The notes: generated by a model not told the origin, from the letters alone. DNA of 64,000 bases from an uncultured delta proteobacterium (GCA_963796055.1 CAWCKH010000004.1:1504001-1568000), one strand, 5' to 3'; numbered from the stretch's first letter, positions 18,960 to 28,557 are shown. Numbers and translations: made by a program.

Positions 18960-19014
18960 GGAGCCCGTCAGGGCGGATCCCTACAGTCCGCCCCGTTCGA
19001 GGCCTCGAGCCCAC

Positions 19015-19498
19015 GTGATCTCCCTGCTCCGCATCGACAGTCGGCTCATCCATGGCCAGGTGGTCGAGGCCTGGCTGCCGGTCCTCAAGGTCTCGCGGGT
19101 GGTGGTCGCGGACGACGAGGCGGCGCACAGCCCGCTGATGAGGACCGCGATGGGCCTGGCGGTTCCTCCCGAGCTGGAGGTGGACATCCGTCCGTTGCGC
19201 GAGGTGCAGTTCCCGGCCATCGCCGCCGACGGCGTCCGGACGCTGCTCCTGCTCCGTGACGTCCCGGCGCTCGTGGAGGCAACCAAGGCGCGGGCTTCCC
19301 GGGACCCGGGTGAACCTGGGCAACGTCCACCACGGCCCGATGCGCCGGCAGGTCTCCACCTCGGTGTTCCTCAACGCCGAGGAGATGCAGCAGCTCCGGA
19401 CCATGCACGACGCTGGCTGGGAGATCGAGGCGCGGGGCGTTCCCTCGGAGCGCCCGGTCACCTTCACCGAGATGGTGGACCGCTTCGAGAAGGGCTAG
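19015..19498 (+). pseudogene. PTS mannose/sorbose-family EIIB interrupted by a +1 frameshift near 19285 (real or sequencing error)
   Basis: RIDSRLIHGQV in the 19015 frame; C-terminal VNLGNVH...SVFLNAEEMQQL...EARGVP lies in the 19256 frame and ends at TAG 19498. Confidence 0.85.
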
Positions 19499-19509
19499 AC
19501 AGCGCTCCC

Positions 19510-20223
19510 ATGCACGTCGGCTGGGGCCACGTCGCGCTGGCGGGGGCCTGGGGCGCGCTGGTCGGCCTCGAGCGGCGCGCGTTCCTGCAGGCGATGTTCA
19601 GCCGCCCCCTGGTGACCGCCACCGGGATGGGGCTGCTGCTCGGGCAGCTGGAGACGGGCCTCTACCTGGGGATGGTCCTGGAGCTGTTCTACCTGGGGAC
19701 GGCCTCGCTCGGCGCGGCGCTCCCGGAGAACGACACCCTCGCCGCCAGCGGCACGACCGCGGCGGCGGCGATGATGGCCGCACAGACCGGCGGCGGGGGA
19801 ACCCCGGCCATCTGGAGCCTGTGCCTCCTGCTCTTCTCCTGGCTGGGGCTGTTCGGTCGGGCAGTGGACCATCGGGTGGAGGCGCACGCGGCGGCACTGA
19901 GCATGCACGGGCTCGAGCTGGCCGAGCACGGTGAGCTCGAGCGGGCGGTGCGCCAGAACCTCTGGGGCATCTGGCCGTACGCCGTCGTCTACTTCGTGCT
20001 CAACGCCGGCTTCGCGGCGCTGGGGCTGTGGATCGGCACCTTCCTCCCGCAGGTCCCGCTGGTGGTGCTGCGGGGGCTGGCCTGGGCGTTTCCGGCGATG
20101 GCCTCGGTTGCCGCGGCCGTCGCCGCCCGGGGTTCGCATGCCCGGCACCCGGCGCTCTGGGGGCTGCTCGGCGCTGCGCTCATGACCGTGGCCACCCTGA
20201 TCCACGCCTGGGTGAGCGTGTGA
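19510..20223 (+). CDS. PTS mannose-family EIIC
   Basis: QAMFSRPLV, GMVLELFYLG...LGAALP; hydrophobic; ATG 19510. Confidence 0.88.
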   Translation: MHVGWGHVALAGAWGALVGLERRAFLQAMFSRPLVTATGMGLLLGQLETGLYLGMVLELFYLGTASLGAALPENDTLAASGTTAAAAMMAAQTGGGGTPAIWSLCLLLFSWLGLFGRAVDHRVEAHAAALSMHGLELAEHGELERAVRQNLWGIWPYAVVYFVLNAGFAALGLWIGTFLPQVPLVVLRGLAWAFPAMASVAAAVAARGSHARHPALWGLLGAALMTVATLIHAWVSV

Positions 20224-20987
20224 TCGGCCCCGGGACCCACCTGCCGCAGTCGGTGAAGCTGCGGGTCTTCCTGCGCTCGCTGCTGCTCCAGGCCAGCTGG
20301 AACCCGAAGGGCATGCAGAACCTGGGGCTGGTCTACGCGCTCTACCCCGCGCTCGAGGTGCTCTATCCGGACCCGGAGAAGCGGCGCGAGGCGGTGCAGC
20401 GCCACCTGACCTTCTTCAACACCCACCCGTACGTGGCCGCGGCGATCGTGGGCGGGGTGCTCTACCACGAGGAGCGCATCGCGGCCGGCGAGGAGGATCC
20501 GAGCCGGGTCAACGACTTCAAGAGGGCACTGATGGGTCCGCTCGCCGCGCTGGGCGACGGGTTCTTCTGGCTCTCGCTCCGACCGGCGGTAGGAGCTCTC
20601 TCTGCGGCGCTGGTGCCCTGGCTCGGGGCCTGGGCAGTCGTGCTCTTCCTGGTCCTCTACAACGTCGTCCACTTCACCTTGCGTGCCCAGCTCTTCCGGA
20701 TGGGGCTCCAGCTGGGGGACCGGCTGGTGGAGGCTGTGGCCCGGGCCCACCTCCCCTCGCGGGGCGCCCGCCTCCGGGCGGTGGCTGCGGCCAGCGCGGG
20801 TGCGGCAGCGGCGTACCTGGCCTTCGCCTTCGGGGCGCAACAGGGGGGCATCGACGGCTGGCTCCTCGCGGGTGGTTGTCTCGCCCTGGGGGCGCTCAGC
20901 TACGTTCTGGCTGCCAGGAAGGTTCCCACCGCCGTGCTCACCGCCATGGCGGCGTTGCTGGCGGGGTGCCTCGGGGCCTGGCTGTAA
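20220..20987 (+). CDS. PTS mannose-family EIID
   Basis: LQASWNPKGMQNLG, RHLTFFNTHPY, LMGPLAALGDGFFW; GTG 20220. Confidence 0.93.
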   Translation: MIGPGTHLPQSVKLRVFLRSLLLQASWNPKGMQNLGLVYALYPALEVLYPDPEKRREAVQRHLTFFNTHPYVAAAIVGGVLYHEERIAAGEEDPSRVNDFKRALMGPLAALGDGFFWLSLRPAVGALSAALVPWLGAWAVVLFLVLYNVVHFTLRAQLFRMGLQLGDRLVEAVARAHLPSRGARLRAVAAASAGAAAAYLAFAFGAQQGGIDGWLLAGGCLALGALSYVLAARKVPTAVLTAMAALLAGCLGAWL

Positions 20988-21005
20988 GATGCATGGGGAG
21001 AGGTG

Positions 21006-21287
21006 ATGTCGTCGGAGAGCGCGGAAAGCGAGTTCACCATCGTCAACCAGCTGGGGCTCCACGCCCGGGCGGCCGCCCAGCTGGTACAGCTCGCCAACGG
21101 CTGCAAGTGCGATGTCACCCTCAAGACCGATTCGGAGTCGGTGAACGGCAAGTCCATCATGGGTGTGCTGATGCTGGCGGCGGCCCAGGGGCAGGTGCTC
21201 ACCGTCACCGCGGTGGGCCCCGGCGCGGCGGACTGCGTCCGGGAGATCGGCGAGCTCATCGCCAACCACTTCGGGGAGGCCCAGTGA
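21006..21287 (+). CDS. ptsH: Phosphocarrier protein HPr
   Basis: NQLGLHARAAA (His15) and NGKSIMGVLML (Ser46). Confidence 0.95.
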   Translation: MSSESAESEFTIVNQLGLHARAAAQLVQLANGCKCDVTLKTDSESVNGKSIMGVLMLAAAQGQVLTVTAVGPGAADCVREIGELIANHFGEAQ

Positions 21288-21297
21288 AGGTAGCGGC

Positions 21298-23058
21298 GTG
21301 AGCACGCAGGCGATCAGCCTCAAGCTCCAGGCCATCGGCGCCAGCCCGGGCATGGCGGTGGGGCGGGCCTTCGTGCTCGACCGCCGTCGGGTGCGGACCC
21401 CGAAGCTCAAGCTCGGCCCCCAGGAGGTGGAGCGGGAGCTGATGCGGTTCAAGACCGCCATCGACCTGTCCGAGCACCAGCTGCTGCAGGTGAAGGAGCG
21501 CCTGGAGCAGAGCGACGGCAAGGACCACGCGCTGATCCTCGAGGCGCACCGGCTGATGCTCCGCGACCCGATGCTGGTCGACGAGGTGAACAAGCTGATC
21601 GCCTCGGACCAGATCAACGCCGAGTGGGCGGTCCGCAGGGTGACGCGGAAGATCAAGCACCTCTTCGACGAGATTCCGGACGAGTACTTCCGCGAGCGCC
21701 GGGCGGACGTGGACTTCATCGCCGACCGGGTGGTGCGAAATCTCCTGGGTCAGGTGGTGGACGTGGAGGAGGAGGTTCCGCAGGGGGCGATCATCGTCGC
21801 CCACGACCTCTCCCCCGCCGACGCGGCGATGCTCGCCCGCACGGGCCGGGTCGCGGCCTTCGTCACCGACGTGGGCGGCTCGACCAGCCACACCGCCATC
21901 GTGGCCCGGGCGCGGAGCACGCCCGCGGTGGTCGGCGCGGGCCGGGTCTCGGAGCAGATCTCCCCCGGCGACATCGTCGCGGTGGACGGCTCGAGGGGGC
22001 TGCTCTGGGTGAACCCGCCGGCAGGAACGCTGACCGACATCCGGGCGGATCTGGAGAAGCTGCTGGCCCGGGGGCGCGAGGCGCTCCAGGTGGCTCAGCT
22101 CCCGGCGGTGACCACCGACGGATTCCGGGTCCGGATGCACGGGAACATGGAGTTCCTGGAGGAGATCCCCGAGCTCCTGGCGGCCGGAGCGGAGGGCATC
22201 GGGCTGTACCGGACCGAGTTCCTCTTCCTCGACCGGCTGGATGCGCCCACCGAGGAGGAGCACTACCTCGCCTACCGCAGCGTGCTGGAGAAGCTCGGCG
22301 GGCGTCCGGTGACCATCCGCACCGTGGATCTGGGCGGGGACAAGATGCCCGGGTTCCGGAAGACCGAGCGCGAGCCCAACCCGGCCATGGGGCTGCGGGC
22401 GATTCGCTACTCGCTCCGGCAGCGGGAGATGTTCCGGGCGCAGCTGCGGGCGCTGCTCCGGGCGAGCGTGCACGGCAATCTCCGGATCATGTTCCCGCTG
22501 GTGTCCGGGGTCGCGGAGCTGCGGGAGGCCCGGAGCGAGCTGGAACACTGCCGTTCCGAGCTGTCGCGCGAGGGCGTCCCGATGAGCGGGCGCTTCCCGG
22601 TGGGGATCATGGTCGAGACGCCCAGCGCGGCGTGGATCGCCGACCGGCTGGCCCAGGAGGCGGACTTCTTCAGCATCGGAACCAACGACCTCATCCAGTA
22701 CACGCTGGCCATCGACCGGCAGAACCGCGACGTGGCGTACCTCTACCGGCCGCTGCACCTGGCGGTGCTCCGGACGCTCAGGGCCATTGCCGAGGCGGGA
22801 CACGCCGCCGGGATCCCCGTGTCGATGTGCGGGGAGGTGGCCGGGGATCCGCGCTTCACCCTGATGCTGCTCGCGCTGGGGCTCGACGAGCTGTCGATGC
22901 CGGCAGGGCAGATTCCGATGGTGAAGGAGCTGATCCGCCGCTGCTCACGGACGGACGCGGTGCAGGCGCTGGACGAGGCGATGAAGCTCACCACCGCCGA
23001 GGAGATCGACCGGCACCTCCGGGCCCTGGAGTCGCGACTGGGAATCGAGGTCGGGTGA
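21298..23058 (+). CDS. ptsI: PEP-protein phosphotransferase (Enzyme I)
   Basis: GGSTSHTAI, GIGLYRTEF, EPNPAMGLRAIR, FSIGTNDLIQY, MCGE. Confidence 0.96.
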   Translation: MSTQAISLKLQAIGASPGMAVGRAFVLDRRRVRTPKLKLGPQEVERELMRFKTAIDLSEHQLLQVKERLEQSDGKDHALILEAHRLMLRDPMLVDEVNKLIASDQINAEWAVRRVTRKIKHLFDEIPDEYFRERRADVDFIADRVVRNLLGQVVDVEEEVPQGAIIVAHDLSPADAAMLARTGRVAAFVTDVGGSTSHTAIVARARSTPAVVGAGRVSEQISPGDIVAVDGSRGLLWVNPPAGTLTDIRADLEKLLARGREALQVAQLPAVTTDGFRVRMHGNMEFLEEIPELLAAGAEGIGLYRTEFLFLDRLDAPTEEEHYLAYRSVLEKLGGRPVTIRTVDLGGDKMPGFRKTEREPNPAMGLRAIRYSLRQREMFRAQLRALLRASVHGNLRIMFPLVSGVAELREARSELEHCRSELSREGVPMSGRFPVGIMVETPSAAWIADRLAQEADFFSIGTNDLIQYTLAIDRQNRDVAYLYRPLHLAVLRTLRAIAEAGHAAGIPVSMCGEVAGDPRFTLMLLALGLDELSMPAGQIPMVKELIRRCSRTDAVQALDEAMKLTTAEEIDRHLRALESRLGIEVG

Positions 23059-23073
23059 AGCCCGGGCTCGTCG

Positions 23074-23385
23074 TCAGGAGCGGGGGCGCTCACCGAGAAG
23101 GGCGGGCTGTGCGTTTCGAAAGAGCTCGGTCAGGTGGGCGGTCGCGGCCCGGACCCGCAACAGGTTGCGGACGTCGCGGTGGACGCCGAGCCACAACCGG
23201 CGCTCGGGGGCGGGCACGGGCGGGCACGCCGCACCATCACCTCGCCCACGGCGGAGAGCTCGGCGCCCTGGGGAGTGCTGCGGAAGAGCCTGGCCCGGAG
23301 CCGCCGCTCCAGGGCCGCGAGCCGCCGCCCCACCGTGGGCTGACTCACGCCCAGGACCGCGGCGGCCGCGGAACCGTGGCGCAGC
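23074..23385 (-). pseudogene. LysR-type regulator relic: HTH joined directly to the C-terminal helix
   Basis: RHGSAAAAVLGVSQPTVGRRLAALERRLRARLFRSTPQGAELSAVGE, then in another frame RRLWLGVHRDVRNLLRVRA; most of the substrate-binding domain is missing. Confidence 0.8.
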
Positions 23386-23634
23386 CCGGGGATGCTGGCG
23401 TCGATCGGCCGGCGCACCGGGCTCGACCGGCTGCTGGATGCGCCCCTCAGCACCCACGCCATTCACAGCTACAAGCCGGACCCGCGGGCGTACCACCTGG
23501 CGGTGGAGGCCTTCCGGCTGCCGAAGGAGCGCATCGCCTTCGTCGCCCATGGAGGCTGGGACGCGGCGGGGGCCGCCTGGTTCGGCTTCCCCACCTACTG
23601 GATCAACCGGACCGGCATCGCGCGCGAGGAGCTC
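23383..23634 (+). pseudogene. C-terminal fragment of a haloacid dehalogenase type II (HAD) gene
   Basis: SPGML...YKPDPRAYHLA...IAFVAHGGWDAAGAAWFGFPTYWINR...EEL; N-terminal DxxGT motif absent. Confidence 0.8.
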
Positions 23635-23845
23635 CAGCGCGTCGGCGCCGAAGATGTCCACGCCCTCCCAGCCCTGGCGCGCCGCAGGCGTGTCCAGCGC
23701 CCGGCCGCCGACGGCGAGCGGTACCCCGGCCCAGCGGAGCGCCCCCACCGCGGCGTGCGCGGCGGGCAGGTGGGTCGGCATGGTCACGCTCAGCGCGACC
23801 AGATCCGGCTTGGTGCGCTCGACGAAGCTGATCAGGCAGCCTGAT
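23626..23845 (-). pseudogene. Fragment of a B12-binding domain protein
   Basis: LISFVERTKPDLVALSVTMPTHL...VPLAVGGRAL...GVDIFGADALEL is typical of the C-terminal half of the cobalamin-binding Rossmann domain; no start or His motif. Confidence 0.72.
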
Positions 23846-23873
23846 GCGTCCGGGTGGCGCGGGACCGCGTGGG

Positions 23874-24812
23874 TCAGTCCTGCTTCGACTGCCCGGTGCC
23901 GAGCATCCGGTGCAGAAAGTCCTGCCGGTCCTTCCGCACCTCGGGCGCCTCCATGGCGTGGCTGGTGGGATAGACGCGGAGCTCGCCGCGACCGGAAATC
24001 GCCTTGCGCCAGATCTCGATCTGCTCGGCGGGGACGTAGAAGTCTTCCTGCGCCAGCTGGACGAGCAACGGGCCGTCGATGGCCGGCAGCGCGTCGATGG
24101 GATCCAGGGCGGTGAGGCGTCGCCGGTAGTCCTGCTCGTCGGTGGGCCGCTTCTTCGGGTCGTAGAACATCCAGTGCTCGAAGCGCGGGGTGAGCGCGAG
24201 CAGGACGTGGCAGCGCGGCCGTCCGTCCGCCGCCGAGGCCAGCATTCCGGTCATGCCCCCGAAGTCGTGACCGACCACCGCGAGCCTGGCCGGATCCACC
24301 CCGTTCTCCCGCGACAGAAGCTCGAGCCCGCGCCGCAACGAGATGACCTGGGCGGTGAACGCCGCGGGGTCCTCGTCCATCGTGCGCTGCTTGTACCAGC
24401 CGGGTTGACTCCACAGCGTGTCCACGAGGAGCGACACCGCGCCGAGCTGGGCGAGCGCCACCGCCTCGTCGAGGAACTCGGTCCGGTTGCTGGTGGCAGG
24501 CTCGCCGAGCCAGTGCACCCAGAGCACCGCGGGGCCGCGCCTGGTCCCCTCTGCCGGCCGGACCAGCGTCGCCCCCACCGGCGAGGTGCCCGGGGCACCG
24601 GCATAGGTCAGCTCGACCACGCTGGTGCCCGCGCGATCGGAGGTGGAGAGCACCCGGACGTCGAGGGGGGTGCCGGGATCGGGAAAGCGGGCGTCATACG
24701 CGCGCGAGGCCTCGGGCCGGGGCGGTCCGGCGGACCGGGACCCCTGGCCACCGGTGCTGGCGCAGCCGAGCGAGTGAGCGAGGAGGAGGAGGGCGACGAG
24801 TGGGCGTGGCAT
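23874..24812 (-). CDS. Alpha/beta-hydrolase lipoprotein
   Basis: Lipobox SLGC after ATG 24812; VDPARLAVVGHDFGG nucleophile elbow; EDFYVP acid; C-terminal YPTSH. Confidence 0.85.
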   Translation of the reverse strand: MPRPLVALLLLAHSLGCASTGGQGSRSAGPPRPEASRAYDARFPDPGTPLDVRVLSTSDRAGTSVVELTYAGAPGTSPVGATLVRPAEGTRRGPAVLWVHWLGEPATSNRTEFLDEAVALAQLGAVSLLVDTLWSQPGWYKQRTMDEDPAAFTAQVISLRRGLELLSRENGVDPARLAVVGHDFGGMTGMLASAADGRPRCHVLLALTPRFEHWMFYDPKKRPTDEQDYRRRLTALDPIDALPAIDGPLLVQLAQEDFYVPAEQIEIWRKAISGRGELRVYPTSHAMEAPEVRKDRQDFLHRMLGTGQSKQD

Positions 24813-24927
24813 GGGCGGCGGGCACTCTCCGCGGCAGAGCACGCCGACCGCAACTGGGCTGCCGTGGAAAAGGACTGGCGAGCAGTGGTCCGGCTGCGCT
24901 GTGCTGCCGGTCTCCACGGGAGCCGCC

Positions 24928-25719
24928 ATGGCCAACCGCCGCCGGAAAGGGAAGGTCGACGAGGCGTACGAGTTCGAGGTCTACCCGCCGGGCACCCTCT
25001 CGCTCGACGGGGTGGATCTCTCCATCCGCCTGCCGGGTGACGAGGCCTACGAGCGGGAGCTGGAGCGGCGCCAGCGGGAGATATTCGGCCTGCAAGTCAG
25101 GATGTTCCAGGGCGGCCACCGCGCGATGTTCGTCTTCGAGGGGTGGGACGCGGCGGGGAAGGGGGGTTGCATCAAGCGGCTCACCGCGGAGCTCGACCCA
25201 CGCGGATACAAGGTGTGGCCCATCGGCCCGCCGGACGAGGAGAGCCGCCGCCACCACTACCTCTGGCGGTTCTGGAACCGGCTCCCCGGCAAGGGCGAGG
25301 TCGCGGTGTTCGACCGCAGCTGGTACGGCCGGGTGCTGGTGGAGCGCGTCGAGGGGCTGGCGCGGAAGGCGGAGTGGAAGCGCGCCTACGACGAGATCAA
25401 CGCCTTCGAGCGGATGCTGACCTCGGACGGCGTGCAGATGACCAAGTTCTTCCTCCACATCGACCGGAAGACCCAGCTCGAGCGCTTCAAGGCCCGGGAG
25501 ACCGACCGGTTCAAGAACTACAAGATCGGCCCCGACGACTGGCGGAACCGGCGGAGATGGAAGGATTACGAAGGGGCGATCAGCGAGATGCTGGACCGCA
25601 CCCACCGCCCGGACGGACCCTGGGTGCTGATCTCCGCCAACGACAAGCACCACGCCCGGCTGGAGGTGCTGCGGATCTGCGCCGACGTGATGGCGTCGGC
25701 GCTGGAGCGGGGCCGCTGA
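24928..25719 (+). CDS. ppk2: Polyphosphate kinase 2 family protein (single domain)
   Basis: FEGWDAAGKGG, FDRSWYGRVLVERVEG, DDWRNR; RBS GGGAG before ATG 24928. Confidence 0.92.
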   Translation: MANRRRKGKVDEAYEFEVYPPGTLSLDGVDLSIRLPGDEAYERELERRQREIFGLQVRMFQGGHRAMFVFEGWDAAGKGGCIKRLTAELDPRGYKVWPIGPPDEESRRHHYLWRFWNRLPGKGEVAVFDRSWYGRVLVERVEGLARKAEWKRAYDEINAFERMLTSDGVQMTKFFLHIDRKTQLERFKARETDRFKNYKIGPDDWRNRRRWKDYEGAISEMLDRTHRPDGPWVLISANDKHHARLEVLRICADVMASALERGR

Positions 25720-25735
25720 GCGTGGCTCCCGGCGC

Positions 25736-27121
25736 CTACCGTGGCGCCGTGACCTTCACCGGACCGAACTGCTTCAGCGAGTCCTCGACCACCTTCCGGT
25801 CGCCCACCACCACCAGCGTCATCCGGGATGGGTCGAGGTACTTGCGGGTGATGCGGGTGACGTCCGCCGGCGTCACCGCCTCCACCCGCTGCACGTACGT
25901 CCGCAGCCAGTCCGCCGGGAGGCGGTGCAGGTCGATGAAGCGGAGCTGGCCGATGATGCCGGCGCGGTCGCTGTTGCGGAGCACGAACGTTCCGGCGACG
26001 TACTTCTCGATGCCGGTCAGCTCCTCGGAGGAGGGAGGCTCCTTCCGGAGCCGCTCCACCTCTGACACCACCTCGCGCAGCGCGGCGGCGGTGTCCTTGG
26101 TGGTGACGTCGGCCGATTCCACCCAGATCCCCACGCCAGAGTGGAGCCCGATCGCGCTGTTCGGCGAGTAGGTGTACCCGTGCTTCTCGCGGATGTTGGC
26201 GGTGATCCGGCTGCCGAAGCTTCCGCCGAGCAGCGTGTTGGTGACCACCAGCGGGATGTAGTCCGGGGAGGTGGGCGGCACGACCGGCAGGCCGATGCGC
26301 ACCGTCGACTGAATGGCGCCGGGCCGGTCCACCAGGAACACCCGCTTGCCACCCCGCGGGCTCGGCCTGGGCCGGGCCGCCGCCTTCGCCTTGCTCCAGC
26401 CGCCGAACGCCACGTCGATGGCGGCGCGCACCGCGGCCGGGTCGAAGCGCCCCACGACGTAGAGGTGCGCCCGGTCGGCGCCGGCGTAGCGGGTCCACAG
26501 GTGGCGCGCCTGCTCCAGGGTGAACTTCTCCACCTCGGCGGCCACCGGGAGCACCCGGCCGTAGGGGTGGTTGCCGTAGATGGCCCGGGCGAATGCCTCC
26601 TCGGCCAGCGGCTGCGGCTGGCTCCGCTGGATGGCCAGCTCGCGCAGCAGATCGCCCTTGAGACGTGTCAGCTCGGCCGCGGGGAAGGCCGGAGTGCGGG
26701 CCACCTCCGCCACCAGCCGCACCGCCTCGGCGGTGGAGTCGCCCAGGCACTCCATGTCCAGCGAGGTCTCGTCTGCCCGGACGTTCACTGCCAGGGCGCC
26801 GCCGAGCTTCGCCGCCGCCTCGGCGAGCTGGAGCGCACTCTTGGCCCCGGTGCCCTGGAGCAGCAGCTTGCCGGTGAGATCGGCCAGGCCGGTCTGCCCC
26901 GCTGGCTCGTCCACGTTCCCGAGGCGGACGACCAGCGAGACGTTCGTCTTGGGCACCGCGCCGTACGGCACCAAGGTCACTCGAAGTCCGCTCGGGAGCT
27001 TGAGCTGCGTCGTCGCCGGCAGATCGAAGGGCGGGGTGGGTCCGGCGGCAGGTGGAGCCTCCGGCGCGGCGACGGCGAACCCGGCGGAGAGCAGCGAGAG
27101 CCCGAACAGGGTGCGGAGCAT
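25736..27121 (-). CDS. M16B peptidase, non-catalytic subunit, secreted
   Basis: Signal peptide from ATG 27121; no HxxEH; LGGSFGSRITANIREKHGYTY motif. Confidence 0.88.
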   Translation of the reverse strand: MLRTLFGLSLLSAGFAVAAPEAPPAAGPTPPFDLPATTQLKLPSGLRVTLVPYGAVPKTNVSLVVRLGNVDEPAGQTGLADLTGKLLLQGTGAKSALQLAEAAAKLGGALAVNVRADETSLDMECLGDSTAEAVRLVAEVARTPAFPAAELTRLKGDLLRELAIQRSQPQPLAEEAFARAIYGNHPYGRVLPVAAEVEKFTLEQARHLWTRYAGADRAHLYVVGRFDPAAVRAAIDVAFGGWSKAKAAARPRPSPRGGKRVFLVDRPGAIQSTVRIGLPVVPPTSPDYIPLVVTNTLLGGSFGSRITANIREKHGYTYSPNSAIGLHSGVGIWVESADVTTKDTAAALREVVSEVERLRKEPPSSEELTGIEKYVAGTFVLRNSDRAGIIGQLRFIDLHRLPADWLRTYVQRVEAVTPADVTRITRKYLDPSRMTLVVVGDRKVVEDSLKQFGPVKVTAPR

Positions 27122-28557
27122 CACTTGCCTCCCGCCGGCTGCAGGGCGACCACGGTGCGGTTGGTGGGGCGGAGCCACTCCTCGGCGGTCTTCTGGATGA
27201 GCTCGGGAGTGACCGCGAGGAGGCTGGGCTCGATGCGGTTCACTGCCGCGGCGTCTCCGTCGAAGAGCGCGTGGGTGGCGAGCAGGTCGGCGCGGCCGAA
27301 GCCGTACAGCCGCTCGAGGTCGGTGTAGTAGGCGCTCCGGGCCTTGACCTGGGCACGCTCCAGGGTCGACCGATCGACCGGCCCGTGGCGCAGCGGCTCG
27401 ATCGCCGCGTCGATGGCGGAGACGATCTCCTTCGGCGAGTGCTCTGCGTCGTGGAAGAGGTAGGCCATCCACAGCATCGGCCCCTGGTAGTTGTACTGGT
27501 TGCCCAGCAGATTCGCCCCGCCCTCGACCTCACCGGTCAGGCCGCGCTTCTGCACCAGCTCCTGGTACAGCCGGCTGTCGGGACCCTCGACCAGGATCTG
27601 CTGGATCAGCGCCATGGCCCAGAACTCGGGCGAGCCACGCGGCGGCATGTGGTAGGCGACAGCCAGCGCCGGCCGCTTGGCGAGCTTGTCGTCGACGGTC
27701 TTCCACTGCTCCTCGGTCTGCCGGGGCTCGCTGAGGTCGGGAATCGGCGGGACGTCGGCCCGGGGAATCCCCTCGAAGTACCGCGAGACCCACGCCTTCA
27801 CCTGTCCGGGGTCGAAGTTGCCGCTCACCACCAGCGCGGCGTTGTTCGGGGCGTAGAAGGTCTTGAAGAACTGCTGGACGTCCGCGAGCGTGGCCGCGTC
27901 GAGATCGGCCAGGTCGCCGTAGAAGTTGTGGGCGTTGTACCAGTTCTTGTTCGCCAGCTGCGGCACGGTGAGCCACGGCCAGCCGCCGTAAGGCCGGTTG
28001 AGCACGTTGACCCGCACCTCGCTCTTCACCACCCCCTGCTGGTTGGTGAGGTTGTCCTGGGTCACCTTGAGCCCGCGCATCCGGTCTGCCTCGGCCCAGA
28101 GCATCGTCTCCAGCACGTTGGAGGGAACGACCTCGAAGTAGTTGGTGAAGTCGAAGCGGGTCGAGCCGTTGAGAATGCCGCCGTTCCGCTGCACCAGCTG
28201 GATGAAGGCCAGCTTCCCCAGGTTCTCGCTGCCCTGGAACATCATGTGCTCGAAGAGGTGGGCGAAGCCGGTGCGGTCGCGCGGCTCGATGCGGAGCCCG
28301 GTGTGGTAGTAGACGCCGACCGTCACGGTGGGCGCGGTGGTGTCGCGCGAGAGCACCACCTTGAGCCCGTTGGGCAAGGTGTACGAATCGACAGGGATCT
28401 CGAATGCCGGCTTGGCGTCCGGGGGAATGAAGCGTGCCGCCGCGGCGTCCGCCGCCGGCGGTGGAGTGGGCGTCGCAGCTGCGGCCGGGGCGGGCGGCGG
28501 CGGTGAGTGCGCGCAGCCGAGCGCGAGGGCGAGCGACAGGCAGCAGGGAATCCTCAT
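27121..28557 (-). CDS. M16B peptidase, catalytic subunit, lipoprotein
   Basis: GFAHLFEHMMFQGS (HxxEH), NGST, EADRM, YAPNNA; lipobox ALGC after ATG 28557. Confidence 0.93.
   Translation of the reverse strand: MRIPCCLSLALALGCAHSPPPPAPAAAATPTPPPAADAAAARFIPPDAKPAFEIPVDSYTLPNGLKVVLSRDTTAPTVTVGVYYHTGLRIEPRDRTGFAHLFEHMMFQGSENLGKLAFIQLVQRNGGILNGSTRFDFTNYFEVVPSNVLETMLWAEADRMRGLKVTQDNLTNQQGVVKSEVRVNVLNRPYGGWPWLTVPQLANKNWYNAHNFYGDLADLDAATLADVQQFFKTFYAPNNAALVVSGNFDPGQVKAWVSRYFEGIPRADVPPIPDLSEPRQTEEQWKTVDDKLAKRPALAVAYHMPPRGSPEFWAMALIQQILVEGPDSRLYQELVQKRGLTGEVEGGANLLGNQYNYQGPMLWMAYLFHDAEHSPKEIVSAIDAAIEPLRHGPVDRSTLERAQVKARSAYYTDLERLYGFGRADLLATHALFDGDAAAVNRIEPSLLAVTPELIQKTAEEWLRPTNRTVVALQPAGGK

Noticed and set aside
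19015..20223. Genuine EIIB-EIIC fusion protein of 402 aa
   Set aside because: The middle part is out-of-frame junk; the true EIIB C-terminus is in another frame with its own stop, and EIIC has its own ATG
23074..24414. 446-aa minus-strand ORF as a real gene
   Set aside because: It strings together an off-frame hydrolase shadow, the B12 fragment, antisense HAD and the LysR tail; not a coherent protein
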